A stretch of DNA of 64,000 bases from the human T2T-CHM13v2.0 reference genome, Homo sapiens (GCF_009914755.1 NC_060944.1), one strand, 5' to 3'; counted from the stretch's first letter, positions 48,990 to 62,778 are shown. A program made the numbers and translations. The notes: generated by a model not told the origin, from the sequence alone.

Positions 48990-50922
48990 ACTACATCCGT
49001 GAATGTGCCCTCATTTAGAAATATAGTTGTTGCAGGTACATAGTACAGATATAATCAGTGAAGCTCATACTGAAGTAGGGTGGGGCCCTAATCCAATAAG
49101 ACTGGTGCTCTTAGAAGAAGAGGAAAAGTGGGCTGGGCGTGGTGGCTCACACCTGTAATCCCAAAACTGTAGGAGGTCGAGGCAGGTGGATCACGAGGTC
49201 AGGAGTTCGAGACCCGCCTGGCCAATATGGTGAAACCCTGTCTCTACTAAAAATGCAAAAAATTAGCTGGGCGTGGTGGCGCATGATTGTAATCCCAGCT
49301 ACTTGGGAGGCAGAGGTTGCAGTGAGCCAAGATGGCACCACTGCACTCCAGCCTGGGCAACAGAGCGAGACTCTATCTCAAAAAAAAAAAAAAATTAAAA
49401 AATAAAAAGAAGAGGAAAAGAGACAGATACACTCAAGGGGAGCACCACATGATGACGGCAGCAGAGACTGGAGAGGCCAAGCAATGCTGAGGATTGCAGG
49501 TGTGTTCGTCACTGAGGATTGCAGGTGTGTTCGTCAGGATTCCCCAGAGAAAGAGAACTAATATTATATATGTATACATACTTACACACACTACATGGAA
49601 TTGGGTTACTCAGTTACAGAGGTAAGCAAGTTCTAAGATCTTCAGGGTGAGTTGGAAAGCTGGAGGCCCAGGAGAGCCAATGGTTTAGTTCTAGTCTGAG
49701 TCTGTATTAGTCCGTTCTCGCCCTGCTATAAAGAAGTTCCTGAGACTGTGTAACTTCCAAAGAAAAGAGATTTAATTGGCTCATGGTTCTGCGGGTTATA
49801 CAAGCTTCACTTCTGGGGAGGCCTCAGGAAACTTAACAATCATGGTGGAAGGCAAAGGGGAAGCAAGTACTATCTTCACATGGTGGAGCAGGAGAGAGCA
49901 AGCGAAGGGAGAAACAACCAGATCTTGTGAGAACTCTACCACAAGACCAGCCAGGTCCATGGTGCTAAACCATTAGAACCACCCTATGATCCAATCACCT
50001 CCCAGCAGGCCCCACCTCCAACGCTGGGAATTATAATTCAACACGAGATCTCCGTGGTGACACAGAGCCAAACCATATCAGAGTCCAAGTCCGAAGGCCT
50101 GAGAACTGGCCTTAGTAGTGTAGTTCCAGTCTGAAGGTCAGCAGTCTTGAGACCAAGGAAGAGTCTATGTTTCAGTTCAAGTCTAAAGGCAGGAAAGGCT
50201 GGGCGGCGGCTCATGCCTGTAATTCCAGCACTTTGGGAGGCCAAGGCGGGTGGATCACCTGAGGTCGGGAGTTCAAGACTAGTCTGACCAACATGGAGAA
50301 ACCCTGTCTCTACTAAAAATGCAAAATTAGCAGGGCATGGTGGCACATGCCTGTAATCCCAGCTACTCAGGAGGGTGAGGCAGGAGAATTGCTTGAACCT
50401 GGGAGGTAGAGGTTTCGGTGAGCCGAGATCGTGTCATTGCACTTCAGCCTGGGCAACAAGAGTGAAGCTCTGTCTCAAAAAAAAAAAAAAAAAAAAAAAG
50501 GAAAAAAGCTGATGTCCCAGTCCAAAGCCATTCAGGCAGGGAGAGTCAGCCTCTTTGTTCTATTGAACTGATTGGATGAGGCCCACTCACATTAGGAAGG
50601 GAAATCTGCTTTACTCAGTCTACTGATTGAAATGTTCATCTCATCCTAAAGCACTCCATAGAAAACACCCAGAAAAATGTTTGACCAAATATCTGGGCAG
50701 CCAGAAAGGCTGACATAAAACCAACCATCATAGCTGACAGCACCAGGAAGCTAAGAGAAAGCTGTGGAACAAATACTACCCTGGAGCCTTCAAGAAGAGC
50801 ATGGCCATGCCGACACCTTAATTTTAGCCTTCTGCCTCCAGAAGTGTAAGAAAATAAATTTCTCTTGTTTCAAGTCATCCTACTTTGTGGTACTATGTTA
50901 CAGCAGCTAGGAAAATAATACA
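48990..50922. mobile_element. Nested LTR stack: MLT1C-like containing an Alu (49131-49405) and an MLT2B-like LTR, which contains an MSTA-like LTR (49703-50080) and an Alu (50197-50499)
   Basis: MST TSD GAGTC at 49698-49702 / 50081-50085; each host sequence resumes after its insert. Confidence 0.75.
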
Positions 50923-50926
50923 GTAG

Positions 50927-51228
<302 letters not shown>

Positions 51229-51284
51229 AATGTATTTTTTTCTAGTCATTTCCATGGGTAAATCTTTACAGCCCTAGATTTTGT

Positions 51285-51845
<561 letters not shown>

Positions 51846-52502
51846 TGTATTAGTCGGTTTTCTCCTGCAATAATACTGCATAGCAACTCCAGAATTTCAG
51901 TGGTTTATAAGAATAAACATTTTTCTTGTTCAGAGGTCCATGGGGCAGCTCAACTTTAGGTTGCAGGTTGGCTGGACTTGGCTTCGGACTGCAGTTTAGG
52001 TTCAGATCTGCTCCATGTATCTCTTATCCTCTTTGGACTCAGGTATGTTCCTCTCATGACTAAAAGCAGGAGTGCAAGAAGGCAATCTAAACCAATCATA
52101 TTCAGTTAACAGTCCATTGGCTAAAGCAAGTCACATGACCAAGCCTAATATCAGTGTCCTCAAGGAGAGGCTCTACAAAGTTACAAGGCAAATGGTATGG
52201 ATGTATCATCCTACTATAAAGGAGTGAAGAAAAAAAAAGTAAAGGAATGAAGAACTGGGAATAATAATCCAATCTACCTCATGTGCCAAACGCTTATAAA
52301 GACCAGCCTGGGCAACATGGCAAAACTCTGTCTCTATGTGGTGGTGTGCACTTGTAGTCCCAACTACTAGTGAGGTTGAGGCTGGTCTTGAACTTCTGGG
52401 CTAAAGCAGTCCTCCCACCTCAGCCTCCCAAAGTGCTGGGATTACAGGCATGAGCCACCACACTGGCCATCCCCGTTGGAGTTGCCTCTCATATATATAT
52501 AA

Positions 52503-52881
<379 letters not shown>

Positions 52882-52898
52882 TAAATTAACATTCACTA

Positions 52899-53394
<496 letters not shown>

Positions 53395-54189
53395 TTAGGA
53401 GTTTCATTTCTCGCTTACAATATCTTTTGTAACTAATTTGATTTTATCTCTCAAACTGAAGTGTTATAGACCTGGTAGAGTAGATTCAAGGCAGCTGCTC
53501 TATTCTTTTTCTTCTTTCAAAATGGTTATGGCCAGCATGGGCAACATAGTGAAATCCCTTCTCTACTAAAAATATAAAAATTAGCTGGGCGTGGTGGTGC
53601 ACGCCTGTAATCTCAGCTACTTAGGAGGCTGAGGCGGGAGAATCACTTGAGTCCAGGAAGTCGAGGCTGCAGTGAGCCGAGATCGCCCCACTGCACAAAA
53701 AAAGGTTGTAGTAAAACAACTGCTCTAATTCTTACCCCCTTAGCTAGTGAAAAGATGGAAATGCGACAGGATAGAGCGCGACGAGTGCTTTTAGGGCTAA
53801 AACTGAGTGGGTCACACACATGGCCTCCTCTCCCACCCGCTCCTGGCCAGAATTTAGTCACATGAGCGCATCTAGATCGCAGCCAGACGGATGGCCACGT
53901 GGGAGTGGGAGGTGATGCCACTAAAAGAGAGGGAATGCTTGGGGAACAATCAGCAGTCTTTTCTCAGGGTTTGAGAAAACACTGTGTCTTAGTGAGAAGA
54001 CACAGTCTGTGCGAGTTAGTAAAGTGAACAGAACTGAGTAGTCAGCTCCCTAGTCAAGAAATTGAACAGTCGGCAGAGTTTGAGATTTCTTAACGTAAAG
54101 GAAGCGTCAAAAGATAAAGGACCCTTCTAGCCAGGACGCAAGACTGAGGGCGAGACAGCCACGCGGAGGCGGGGCCGCCGGCGGTCGAA

Positions 54190-54239
54190 GGTGCGCGCCC
54201 GGCCGACGGTGCGCGCCCGGCCGACGGTGCGCGCCCGGC
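54190..54239. repeat. 18-bp tandem repeat GGTGCGCGCCCGGCCGAC, 2.8 copies
   Basis: Units 54190-54207 and 54208-54225, partial unit 54226-54239. Confidence 0.92.
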
Positions 54240-54636
54240 AATGGGGCGTGGCCAGGCAGAGAGGCGGGGCTCCACCGAGCGCGGCGCTGAAGCTGGCAGC
54301 CAGAAAGGGGCGGGGCCTGGCGGCGATAGGCTTTGGGGCGGGGCTTCCAAACCGGGCGTCCCGGCTAGAGTGAAGGGGCGTGGGCACTCATAGGCTATTG
54401 GGGGAGAGGTTAAGAAACGTAGAATTTCGCAGCCAGAATGGGTACGTCTCAGCGATCCTGAAAGCAGCCTTGACAGCCAGAGGCGAGTCAAGTGGAAAGG
54501 CTGGCCGGGCTTCGAGAAGGGAGGGGGCATCGAGGTACTTAAAGGCCTGAATCGCGCGGCGTGACGTCGGGGGCGCGGTTTCGCGGCGTCTGGGCGGACA
54601 CTGCGCCGAGGGGCGGGGCTGGACGCGCGCTCCAAG

Positions 54637-55011
54637 ATGGCGGCGAACGTGTTCCCGTTCCGCGACGCCCGTGCCGCACCGGACCCAGTGCTGGAGGCCG
54701 GCCCGGTGGCACACGGGCCACTGCCGGTACCGCTGGTGCTGGACAACGGGTCGTTCCAAGTCCGCGCTGGCTGGGCGTGTCCCGGGCAGGACCCAGGTCC
54801 CGAGCCGCGCCTGCAGTTCCGCGCGGTGTGCGCCCGCGGTCGTGGCGGGGCACGGGGCGCGTCGGGCCCGCAGGTGGGGAACGCTCTGGGCAGCCTGGAG
54901 CCACTGCGCTGGATGCTGCGCTCGCCCTTCGACCGCAACGTGCCGGTCAACCTGGAGCTTCAGGAGTTGCTGCTGGACTACAGCTTCCAGCACCTGGGTG
55001 TCTCCTCACAG
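54637..55011 (+). CDS. ACTR5: ACTR5 (actin-related protein 5) exon 1, aa 1-125
   Basis: [17 protein letters not shown]...[14 protein letters not shown] carries the actin-fold DNGS loop; donor CAG|GTGAAG; 375 nt, phase 0. Confidence 0.95.
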
Positions 55012-55229
55012 GTGAAGGGCGGAGTAGGCTGGGCTGGGCTGGGTTTGAGGGGAGGGGTGCGGTCTCGTCTCCGCTCACTCTGCTCTCGGAGAGGTAACAG
55101 TCACTTCAGTAGCTCCGATTGTCTTTTAGTCGACCAGATGCTAGGCGCTGTGGGTGTAGCAGCGAATAAAATGCTGCTCCTTGTATCTTGGAGCATACCT
55201 TTGGGCATATATGCTTGTTTGTTAAGAAG

Positions 55230-55965
55230 CCCATTTATTAACAAATACGTATTGAGCACTTACTCTGTGTCAGGCACTTTTTAGGCATTTGGAGTACATG
55301 TGTGAACACAAAACTTCCTGTGCTTATGGAGCTGTTAATACTATGGAAAGATATTCTAGTATGAAAAGGCAGACAGTAAACATAGAAATAGTAGATTCTA
55401 CGCCGTGATAGGAGAGGAGGGAGTTACATTTTTTCAGTAAGATGGTCAGGGTAGGACTCGTGAAGGTGATGTTTGAGCAAGGACTTGAAGGAGGTGATTC
55501 AGGTAGCAAGCCATGTGAATATCTGAAGGAAAAACGGTCCAGGCAGAGGGAGCAGCCAGTAAAAAGGCCCCGAGGCAGGAGTGTGCCCTAATCCTAACTG
55601 CAAGGCTGCCTGTGTGAGGGGGAGAGTAGTACCTGAAAGAGGATGTCAGAGAGGTAGTGGAGAGGCAGATCACACACCTTATAGGCTTTTACTGAGTGAA
55701 ATGGGGAGCCATGGCAGGGTGTTGAGCTGAAGAAGGACCTGACTTGTGTTTTAAAAGGATCACTATTACTGCTGTATGGAGAATGAATTGTCTTGGATCA
55801 TAGGGTGGAAACAGGGACGAGTTAGGAGGCTGTTGGAATAACCCAGGTAAGGGATGATGGTGGCTTAGATGAGGCAGATAGCAGGGAATGTCATTAGAAG
55901 CAGTTGGATTCTGGAAATACTTTGAAGATAGAGCCAACACGATTTGCTGACAGTTTGGATGGGAC
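55230..55965 (-). mobile_element. L2 in ACTR5 intron 1
   Basis: AACAAATACGTATTGAGCACTTACTCTGTGTCAGGCAC...GAAATGGGGAGCCATGGCAGGG. Confidence 0.8.
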
Positions 55966-56167
55966 CTTGACTTAATAACTTAAATTGACTCTACTTTCGT
56001 ATTTTCAAGTAAAGATGAGATGGGAGTTTTATAATCGCCTCTGATCAGGTTTTTGATTAAGAAGCCAAAAGCAAATTCAGTCCTGCAATAAGGATTTTGG
56101 GTTCTTTTATGCTTCAAAAAGAGTATTCTGTTACCACTCATTTATTTGCCCTTTTCTTTCAAAGTAG

Positions 56168-56397
56168 GGCTGTGTTGATCATCCCATAGTTTTGACAGAA
56201 GCTGTGTGCAACCCACTGTATTCACGGCAAATGATGTCTGAGCTTCTTTTTGAGTGCTACGGGATTCCCAAGGTTGCCTATGGAATAGACAGCCTCTTCA
56301 GCTTCTACCACAATAAGCCAAAGAACTCGATGTGCAGTGGGCTAATCATTTCATCTGGATACCAGTGTACGCATGTTTTACCCATCTTAGAAGGGAG
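56168..56397 (+). CDS. ACTR5: ACTR5 exon 2
   Basis: tttcaaagtag|GGC; [32 protein letters not shown]...THVLPILEG aligns with actin HPVLLTEAPLNP...THTVPIYEG; donor AG|GTGAGT; 230 nt. Confidence 0.94.
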
Positions 56398-56755
56398 GTG
56401 AGTTGCACTTGTGGCATTTGAGTGCGATTTTGAGAAGCATTCAGGAAACATTTATTTACTGCGTGCTTTAAAGGCAGAGTAGAAAGAGCAAGTACTAGCC
56501 TGTGAACTGAGCCGTTGGGCTTAGCTTTGAACTACCTCACTGTGTGACTGGGTAAGTCCCTTTGCCCATAGTTGTGTCCTTTGTGACCTTCTGGAGGGAG
56601 TTGGGGTGGATGATCTCTTAGTTCCACATCCATAATTCTACAATATTATAATTCTGACATAATGGGGAGATAGCTAACATAGTATCTGCAGGTAGTAGGC
56701 ATTCAGTAGAAATGTTTTGAATAAATTTAATCGAGACCATCTTTGTGTTCTGGAG

Positions 56756-57087
56756 TTTTTTTTGTTTTTTTTTGTTTTTGTTTTTGTTTGTTTGTTTGTT
56801 TGTTTTTTGACAGAGTCTTGCTCTGTTGCCCAGGCTGGAGTGCAGTGGGATCTTGGCTCAGGGCAACGTCCGCCTCCCGGGTTCAATTGATTCTCCTGCC
56901 TCAGCCTCCCGAGTAGCTGGGACCACAGGCACCTGCCACCATTCCTGGCTAATTTTTTTTATATTTTTAGTGAGACAGGGTTTCACCATGTTGGTCAGGC
57001 TAGTCTCAAACTCCTGACCTCAAGTGATCCACCCTCCTTGGCCTCCCAACATGCTGGGATTACAGGGGTGAGCCACCGCGCCCAGCC
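56756..57087 (-). mobile_element. AluS in ACTR5 intron 2
   Basis: Antisense Alu with a long T/GTTT tail. Confidence 0.92.
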
Positions 57088-57864
57088 AATTTCAAGTTAT
57101 TTAATCACTATTGTTTAGACCTTTCAGGTACAGTGCCTGGCACGTAATGGACCCTTACTAAATATTTTCAAGTTGAATAAAAGGCAAGGGTAGTTTATGT
57201 CATATTTAAAAATCTGTTGCCACTTTATCGTTGAGCTTTAACTGTCTGATAAGAGCCTAGGCCACCACTGTGTTCTCCTGAGGTTTCTCACATTGGCACA
57301 AAGAGACCCACGCTTTACAGCTGAATGCCTGGGTTTGCAGCTCTGCTACTTAACTTCCTCACTTCATTTCCTGATACGTAAAATTGGGAAAAACTGATTT
57401 CCCAGGGTTACCCTGAGAATGAAATGAGATAAGGTAGGTAATGGCACTTTGTAAACTGTAAAGCAGACTGAACATATAAGGCAAATACCATTGAATTTCT
57501 CATGAAGTTTCTATGAAAATTTTTGAAGAAAAAAGTAATTCTTAGGTGTTACCAAATGCTCCTGATGTATGAAGTTCTCTATGTAAACAGAATATGCAAA
57601 AATAAAAAGTAACATATTTTATATTGAGAGAAAATTACCTGAAGGCTGGGAAATTATCAGAGTGAATCATATCGTGTTCTATGCTGGCATCTGCTGGTGA
57701 GGTATGATACAGCAGTGACATTTTAGTTCCCTACAGTAAGTTCCTAGTGCTCTGCCACTTACTTTCTCACATTAGGAAAATAAAATTATTCTGGTTCTTT
57801 TACAGTAAGTCAGGATGCGTGTGGTTACTTAACGTGTTTGCTTCAGTAGATGTGGAGTGTTAAG

Positions 57865-58025
57865 GGAGGGCTTCTTAAACTCTGGCCTTCAGTCACCTAG
57901 GGAGCTCATTAAAATGCAGATCCCCAGGCCCCACCCCAGAGCAGCTGTGTCCTGGGAATTGGCATGTTTAAAATTTCCCCCAGCTAATTCTGGGATACCT
58001 GGTCCCAGGACTACAGTTTGAGAAA
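57865..58025. mobile_element. MER5A-like MITE
   Basis: TCACCTAGGGAGCTCATTAAAATGCAGATCCCCAGGCCCCACCCCAGA. Confidence 0.75.
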
Positions 58026-58287
58026 TATATGACGAGACTCATTAAGATCTGACTGGAGTGCATACTTGTTAGGTGGCCGTGTGACTGTATGGGTGAGCTA
58101 GGAATGCCTGCCTAGATAAGAGGTTATACCAGGGGAACTTCAACGTCCCTTCTGACTATCAGGTTTTGTATTTCTCCTGCTGGTCTGTTTCTTCTTTATC
58201 TGCCTTAAATTATCTTGTTTCTCCCAAGATGCTCCATATTTCTGTCCTCCAGAAATTTCAGTGCTGTTTTCTACTGCTTGGTTATAG

Positions 58288-58457
58288 ATTAGATGCTAAA
58301 AACTGCAAGCGCATCAATCTTGGAGGAAGCCAAGCAGCTGGTTACCTCCAGCGTCTCCTCCAGCTGAAGTACCCTGGGCACCTGGCAGCCATCACCCTCA
58401 GCCGCATGGAGGAGATTCTGCATGAGCACAGCTACATCGCTGAGGATTATGTGGAAG
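58288..58457 (+). CDS. ACTR5: ACTR5 exon 3
   Basis: ttatag|A TTA GAT; (R)[24 protein letters not shown] (actin RLDLAG-like); donor G|GTATCC; 170 nt; phases consistent with exons 2 and 4. Confidence 0.9.
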
Positions 58458-60593
58458 GTATCCAAGAGGATGTTTGCCTGCAGCTTTTGGGTGTTGTCTA
58501 CCTTGTATTCCTTAAATTATTGCCAGCATGATTCTTTGCTTGCTCACTTTTTAAGCACCTCCTTCCCCTTTTTGTATTCCCTTTCTTAAACTATTCAGTA
58601 AACTGATAACTTATGTTGTATAGGTTCCCTTCACAAATGGTAGCTTTTATAACTTGCCTTTAATACAGAACTTGGAATTGCACAACTTTCAGCTTTTCCA
58701 GATATTAAATATTTTTAAGAGTGAGCAGAACATATCAGACTAAAAATATCTTAAGCTAGAAAACAATTGAAATTGTTTTATTATACCCTTATAATAACAT
58801 CTATGCTGCAGAAACACCTCTTTTTCTTTTCAAACTTGTCTTGGACTTTTGGTTGTATTTTACTTCAAATTAAAGTATGAGTTTTAGTTGCTATTGTCAC
58901 ATGAATGTGATGAAAATATCTTCCTCGTGAATTTAAATAGTTCATATAAAACCAAAGGACTACGGACAATGCCACTGTGAATACAACTCTATTCCAAGAA
59001 TGGATTTGCTTGTTGTCATTGAGGGTACTGATCTCAGCTGACCAATAATGAGCTCCTGAAGGACAAAAACTGCATCTTTTTTTTTTAATTGTGAAAACCA
59101 TATAACATAAATTTGCCATTTTAACCATTTTTAAGTATACGTTTCATGTGTGAAGAGCTGTGTTTTAATTAACTTTAGAAAGCATTTATTAAACATCTGT
59201 TATTCCTGGGATACAAAGAAGTTGCGGGAGACAGATAGGGAAATAAATAATTGATGAGGACACTCAGTCCGGAGAGTTAGAGGCTTGCCAGAAGACACGG
59301 CTGAGGCACACAGCTCTCCGTGCTCCCACTTCTCTGTTCTCCAGTTGCTCTGGTATTGACTCTTTTTTTTTAGTTAACTTTTTCTTTTACAATTCTATGA
59401 TATGATTATAAAGAGAGAGCATGAGGGAATTTTTTGGGATGATGAACTCTTCCGTATCCTGATTGTGGTGTTGATTACATATGCTTTCTCTTTATAATCA
59501 TATCCTGTTTTTATCCACAATAAACAGGAACAAACTACTGATACACTCAACAACTTGAATGAATCTCAAAGGCATGATGTTGAGTAAAAAAAAAAAAAAG
59601 TTTCAAAAGGTACATACTATTTGATTCCATTTATGTGACATTTTGAAAAGATAAAACCATAGTGATAGAGAAGAAGTGAGGGAAAGATTGCCTGGGCTTG
59701 GGATAGAGACAAGCTTTTGGGTGAACTTGTTTTCATTTCTCCAGAGTAAATAGATTGCTGGGTCATGTGCTTGCATGGTATGTCTTTCCGTCCTTCTACT
59801 TTTAATCTACCTATATCATTATATTCAAAGTGAATTTCTTGGTAGTTGGATGATTTTTAAAAAAAATCTATTCAGTCAACCTCTATTTAATTGTTAGACT
59901 AAACCATTTATAATTAGTTTTAATTATTCATATGCTTGGATTTAGGTTCACCATTTTATTATTTGTTTTTGTTCCTTCTGTTTATTGTTCCTCTGTTTCT
60001 CTCTCCTGCCTCCTTTTAGGTTATTCGAGCTTTTTTTTTTTTTTTTTAAAGTATTTTATCTGTTGTGTTTTTTACTCTACCTTTTTATTGTAGTTTTTAG
60101 TGGTTGCTTTAGAGATTACAGTAAACACAACTTTTCACAGTCTACTTAGATTCTGTATTTACCACTTCAAGGGGAATGTGGAAATGTTAGCAATGTACAG
60201 ACTCCTTTATTTCGCCCGGTTTATCTTAAAGTTGTCTTATTTATTTCATCTGTATACATTGGAAACCCATCAGACAGTGTTGTGATTTTTACTTTCAGTT
60301 GTCAAATAGGTTTTAAAGAACTCGTAAGGAGATTAGTCTGTTATGTTTAACCAGATTTTTATCATTTCTGTTGCTCTTCCTTCATTCCTGATGCTCCAAG
60401 CTTCCTTCTGGTGTTGTTTCTCGCTGAAGAACTTACTTAGCAGTTCTTTTAGAACAGGCCTGCTGGCATTATGTCCAGGTTTGGTAGCTGCTTTTAGTTG
60501 ATTGAGTGGATTCAGGGATTGGATGGAGTGTATTTTCTCCATCTGACCTATGTCTGAAATGCTGGTACTGACTTTAAAAAAAACAATGGAGTC

Positions 60594-61045
60594 GGCCGGG
60601 CATGGGGGCTCATAGCTGTAATACCAGTACTTTGGGAGGCCGAGGCGAGTGGATCACGAGGTCAGGAGATCAAGACCATCCTGGGTAACATGGGGAAACC
60701 CCATCTCTACTAAAAATTCAAAAAAATTAGCCGGGCATGGTGGCAGGCGTCTGTAGTCCCAGCTACTCAGGAGGCTGAGGCAGGAGAATGGCGTGAACCC
60801 GGGAGGCAGAACTTGCAGTGAGCCGAGATCGCACCACTGCACTCCAGCTAGGTGACAGGGCGAGCCTCCCGAGTACCTGGGATCACAGGTGCCCGCCACC
60901 ACGCATGGCTAATTTTTTTGTATTTTTAGTAGAGACAGGGTTTCACTGTGTTAGCCAGGATGGTCTTGATCTCCTGACCTCGTGATCCGCCCACCTCGGC
61001 TCCCCAAAGTGCTGGGATTACAGGCGTGAGCCCCTGCGCCCAGCT
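60594..61045. mobile_element. Sense AluY fused directly to a truncated antisense AluY
   Basis: Both carry Y diagnostics; junction near 60864; no poly(A) tails. Confidence 0.88.
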
Positions 61046-61113
61046 GGTATTGACTTTAATTGTTGTGTTAATAGTGTTTCCATTTCATAACTTTCAAAAT
61101 TGTTTCTTTGAAG

Positions 61114-61331
61114 AATTACACAAATGGCGGTGTCCTGATTATTATGAGAATAATGTCCACAAGATGCAGCTCCCATTTTCCAGCAAGCTCCTGGGCAGCA
61201 CTCTGACCTCTGAGGAGAAACAAGAAAGGCGGCAGCAGCAATTGCGGCGGCTGCAGGAGCTCAATGCCCGGCGGCGGGAGGAGAAGCTGCAGCTGGATCA
61301 GGAGCGTCTGGACCGACTGCTATATGTGCAG
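61114..61331 (+). CDS. ACTR5: ACTR5 exon 4
   Basis: tttctttgaag|AA TTA CAC; (E)[21 protein letters not shown]...[26 protein letters not shown] (charged ARP5 insertion); donor CAG|GTAATA; 218 nt. Confidence 0.92.
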
Positions 61332-62013
61332 GTAATAGCAGACACAGGGACGGGCGCCCTTCCGTGTTAACAAGATAGTCTCAGAAGATTTTCTTGCATA
61401 TTTTTCCATTGGCCTTAAGATGCTTTGACTGTTTGTCACCTTTGGGGTCACGAAGGAGTCCAGGGGGATCATCAGCATAGAATACAGTGTAGAAGCAGCT
61501 GTTTCTGAAAGAGCTGTGGACTCCAGCATTATTTATTTTCACCTTATAAACTCCTTTATGTTTTTAAACTTTGTAAGTGTAGCATACATGATGCAAAGTG
61601 CACAAATCTTTATGTTTCATCTTGATGGATTTTCAAAGTGAAACTCACCCGTGTATCTGCTGTCAGGTTAAGAAACAGCATTGTCAGCGTTCCAGAAGGC
61701 TCCTTTCATGTCTCCTCTTAGTAACTTTCCCACCTTCCTTCACATCCCCCGCCCCACCAAAAAAAAAAAGGGTAACAACCTTTTAGACATCTGTCACCAT
61801 CATTAGTTTTACCTAATCAGTTGTTGCTGGAACTGTGATGCAATGCTAGCCTAGAGACAGAGAGGTGGGCAGCTGTGTGAAACTGGAGGCAGCTGGAGGC
61901 GTGGCTCTGGGCAGGGTAGGCCAGGGGAGCTCTGGAAGCCCTCTCCAGCTGTCGTTTTCTCCGTTTGGCTTTGAAGCTACTTTCCTTCCTGTTTGTGACT
62001 GCTCTGTTTTCAG

Positions 62014-62196
62014 GAACTTCTAGAGGATGGCCAGATGGATCAGTTTCACAAAGCTCTGATAGAGCTGAATATGGACTCCCCAGAAGAGCTGCAGTCCTAC
62101 ATCCAGAAGCTCAGTATAGCAGTGGAGCAGGCTAAGCAGAAAATCCTCCAAGCGGAAGTCAACCTCGAGGTGGATGTGGTAGACAGCAAGCCAGAG
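62014..62196 (+). CDS. ACTR5: ACTR5 exon 5 (gene continues beyond the window)
   Basis: ctgttttcag|GAA CTT CTA; open frame [33 protein letters not shown]...DSKPE; donor GAG|GTAACT; 183 nt. Confidence 0.9.
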
Positions 62197-62778
62197 GTAA
62201 CTTAGGGCCTTGGAAGGAGCAGCCCTTCTTGAGGGGAGGAGTGTCCTGAGAGGCCTGACATCAAAGGGGTTGTGCCCAGAGTCAGGAGGGAAAGAGAGCA
62301 GAGGGGATGTGGGTGGTGGTGGAGATGGCACTGACCTTGTACCAACTGAAATTCTGTCAGAAGGGATTTCACCCTGTAGATCCCCGGACCCCTGAGCGCA
62401 GAAAGTGCATTTAACGTAGGAAGAACATTCACACACCAAACCTGTGGTGCTGTCTTGAACCTAAACCAGCTCCACTGATAGTCATTGGCAGTCATATACT
62501 TCCTTTAATTTTCTTTTAGTGTTTTATTAAATATATTGTGGTTGATTGTTCACTTACCTCCTTTCCATCTTGATGTTCCCTAAGGACAGGGATCATGCTT
62601 CATACATGATTTATGAATTTTTTACAGCAGTTGGTAGTTATGCTCAATAATATATGTATAGGTTGCCTTAAGATCAGCCTTTTATTAGTTGCTAAAGACC
62701 CTTTGCATAAGCTCTTTGATTTTCTCTTCTTCTTCTTCTTCTGTTTCCTCACCCGTGCACTGTTAATAAGTGTTTTTG

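Larger units (their letters stand above)
54100..55090. promoter_or_regulatory. ACTR5: CpG-island promoter of ACTR5
   Basis: Dense CpG; at least 6 Sp/KLF GC boxes (54243-54385), CRE-like TGACGTCG at 54562, E2F-like TTTCGCGG at 54579, YY1 motif over the ATG. Confidence 0.88.

Noticed and set aside
54090-55284. Long overlapping ORFs at the ACTR5 5' end, including the 215-aa exon 1 read-through
   Set aside because: CpG-island artefacts; actin homology continues only through splicing at 55011.
56756-56930. Exonisation of the intron 2 antisense Alu
   Set aside because: An acceptor is present, but the usual donor position reads CAG|GCACC rather than GT.
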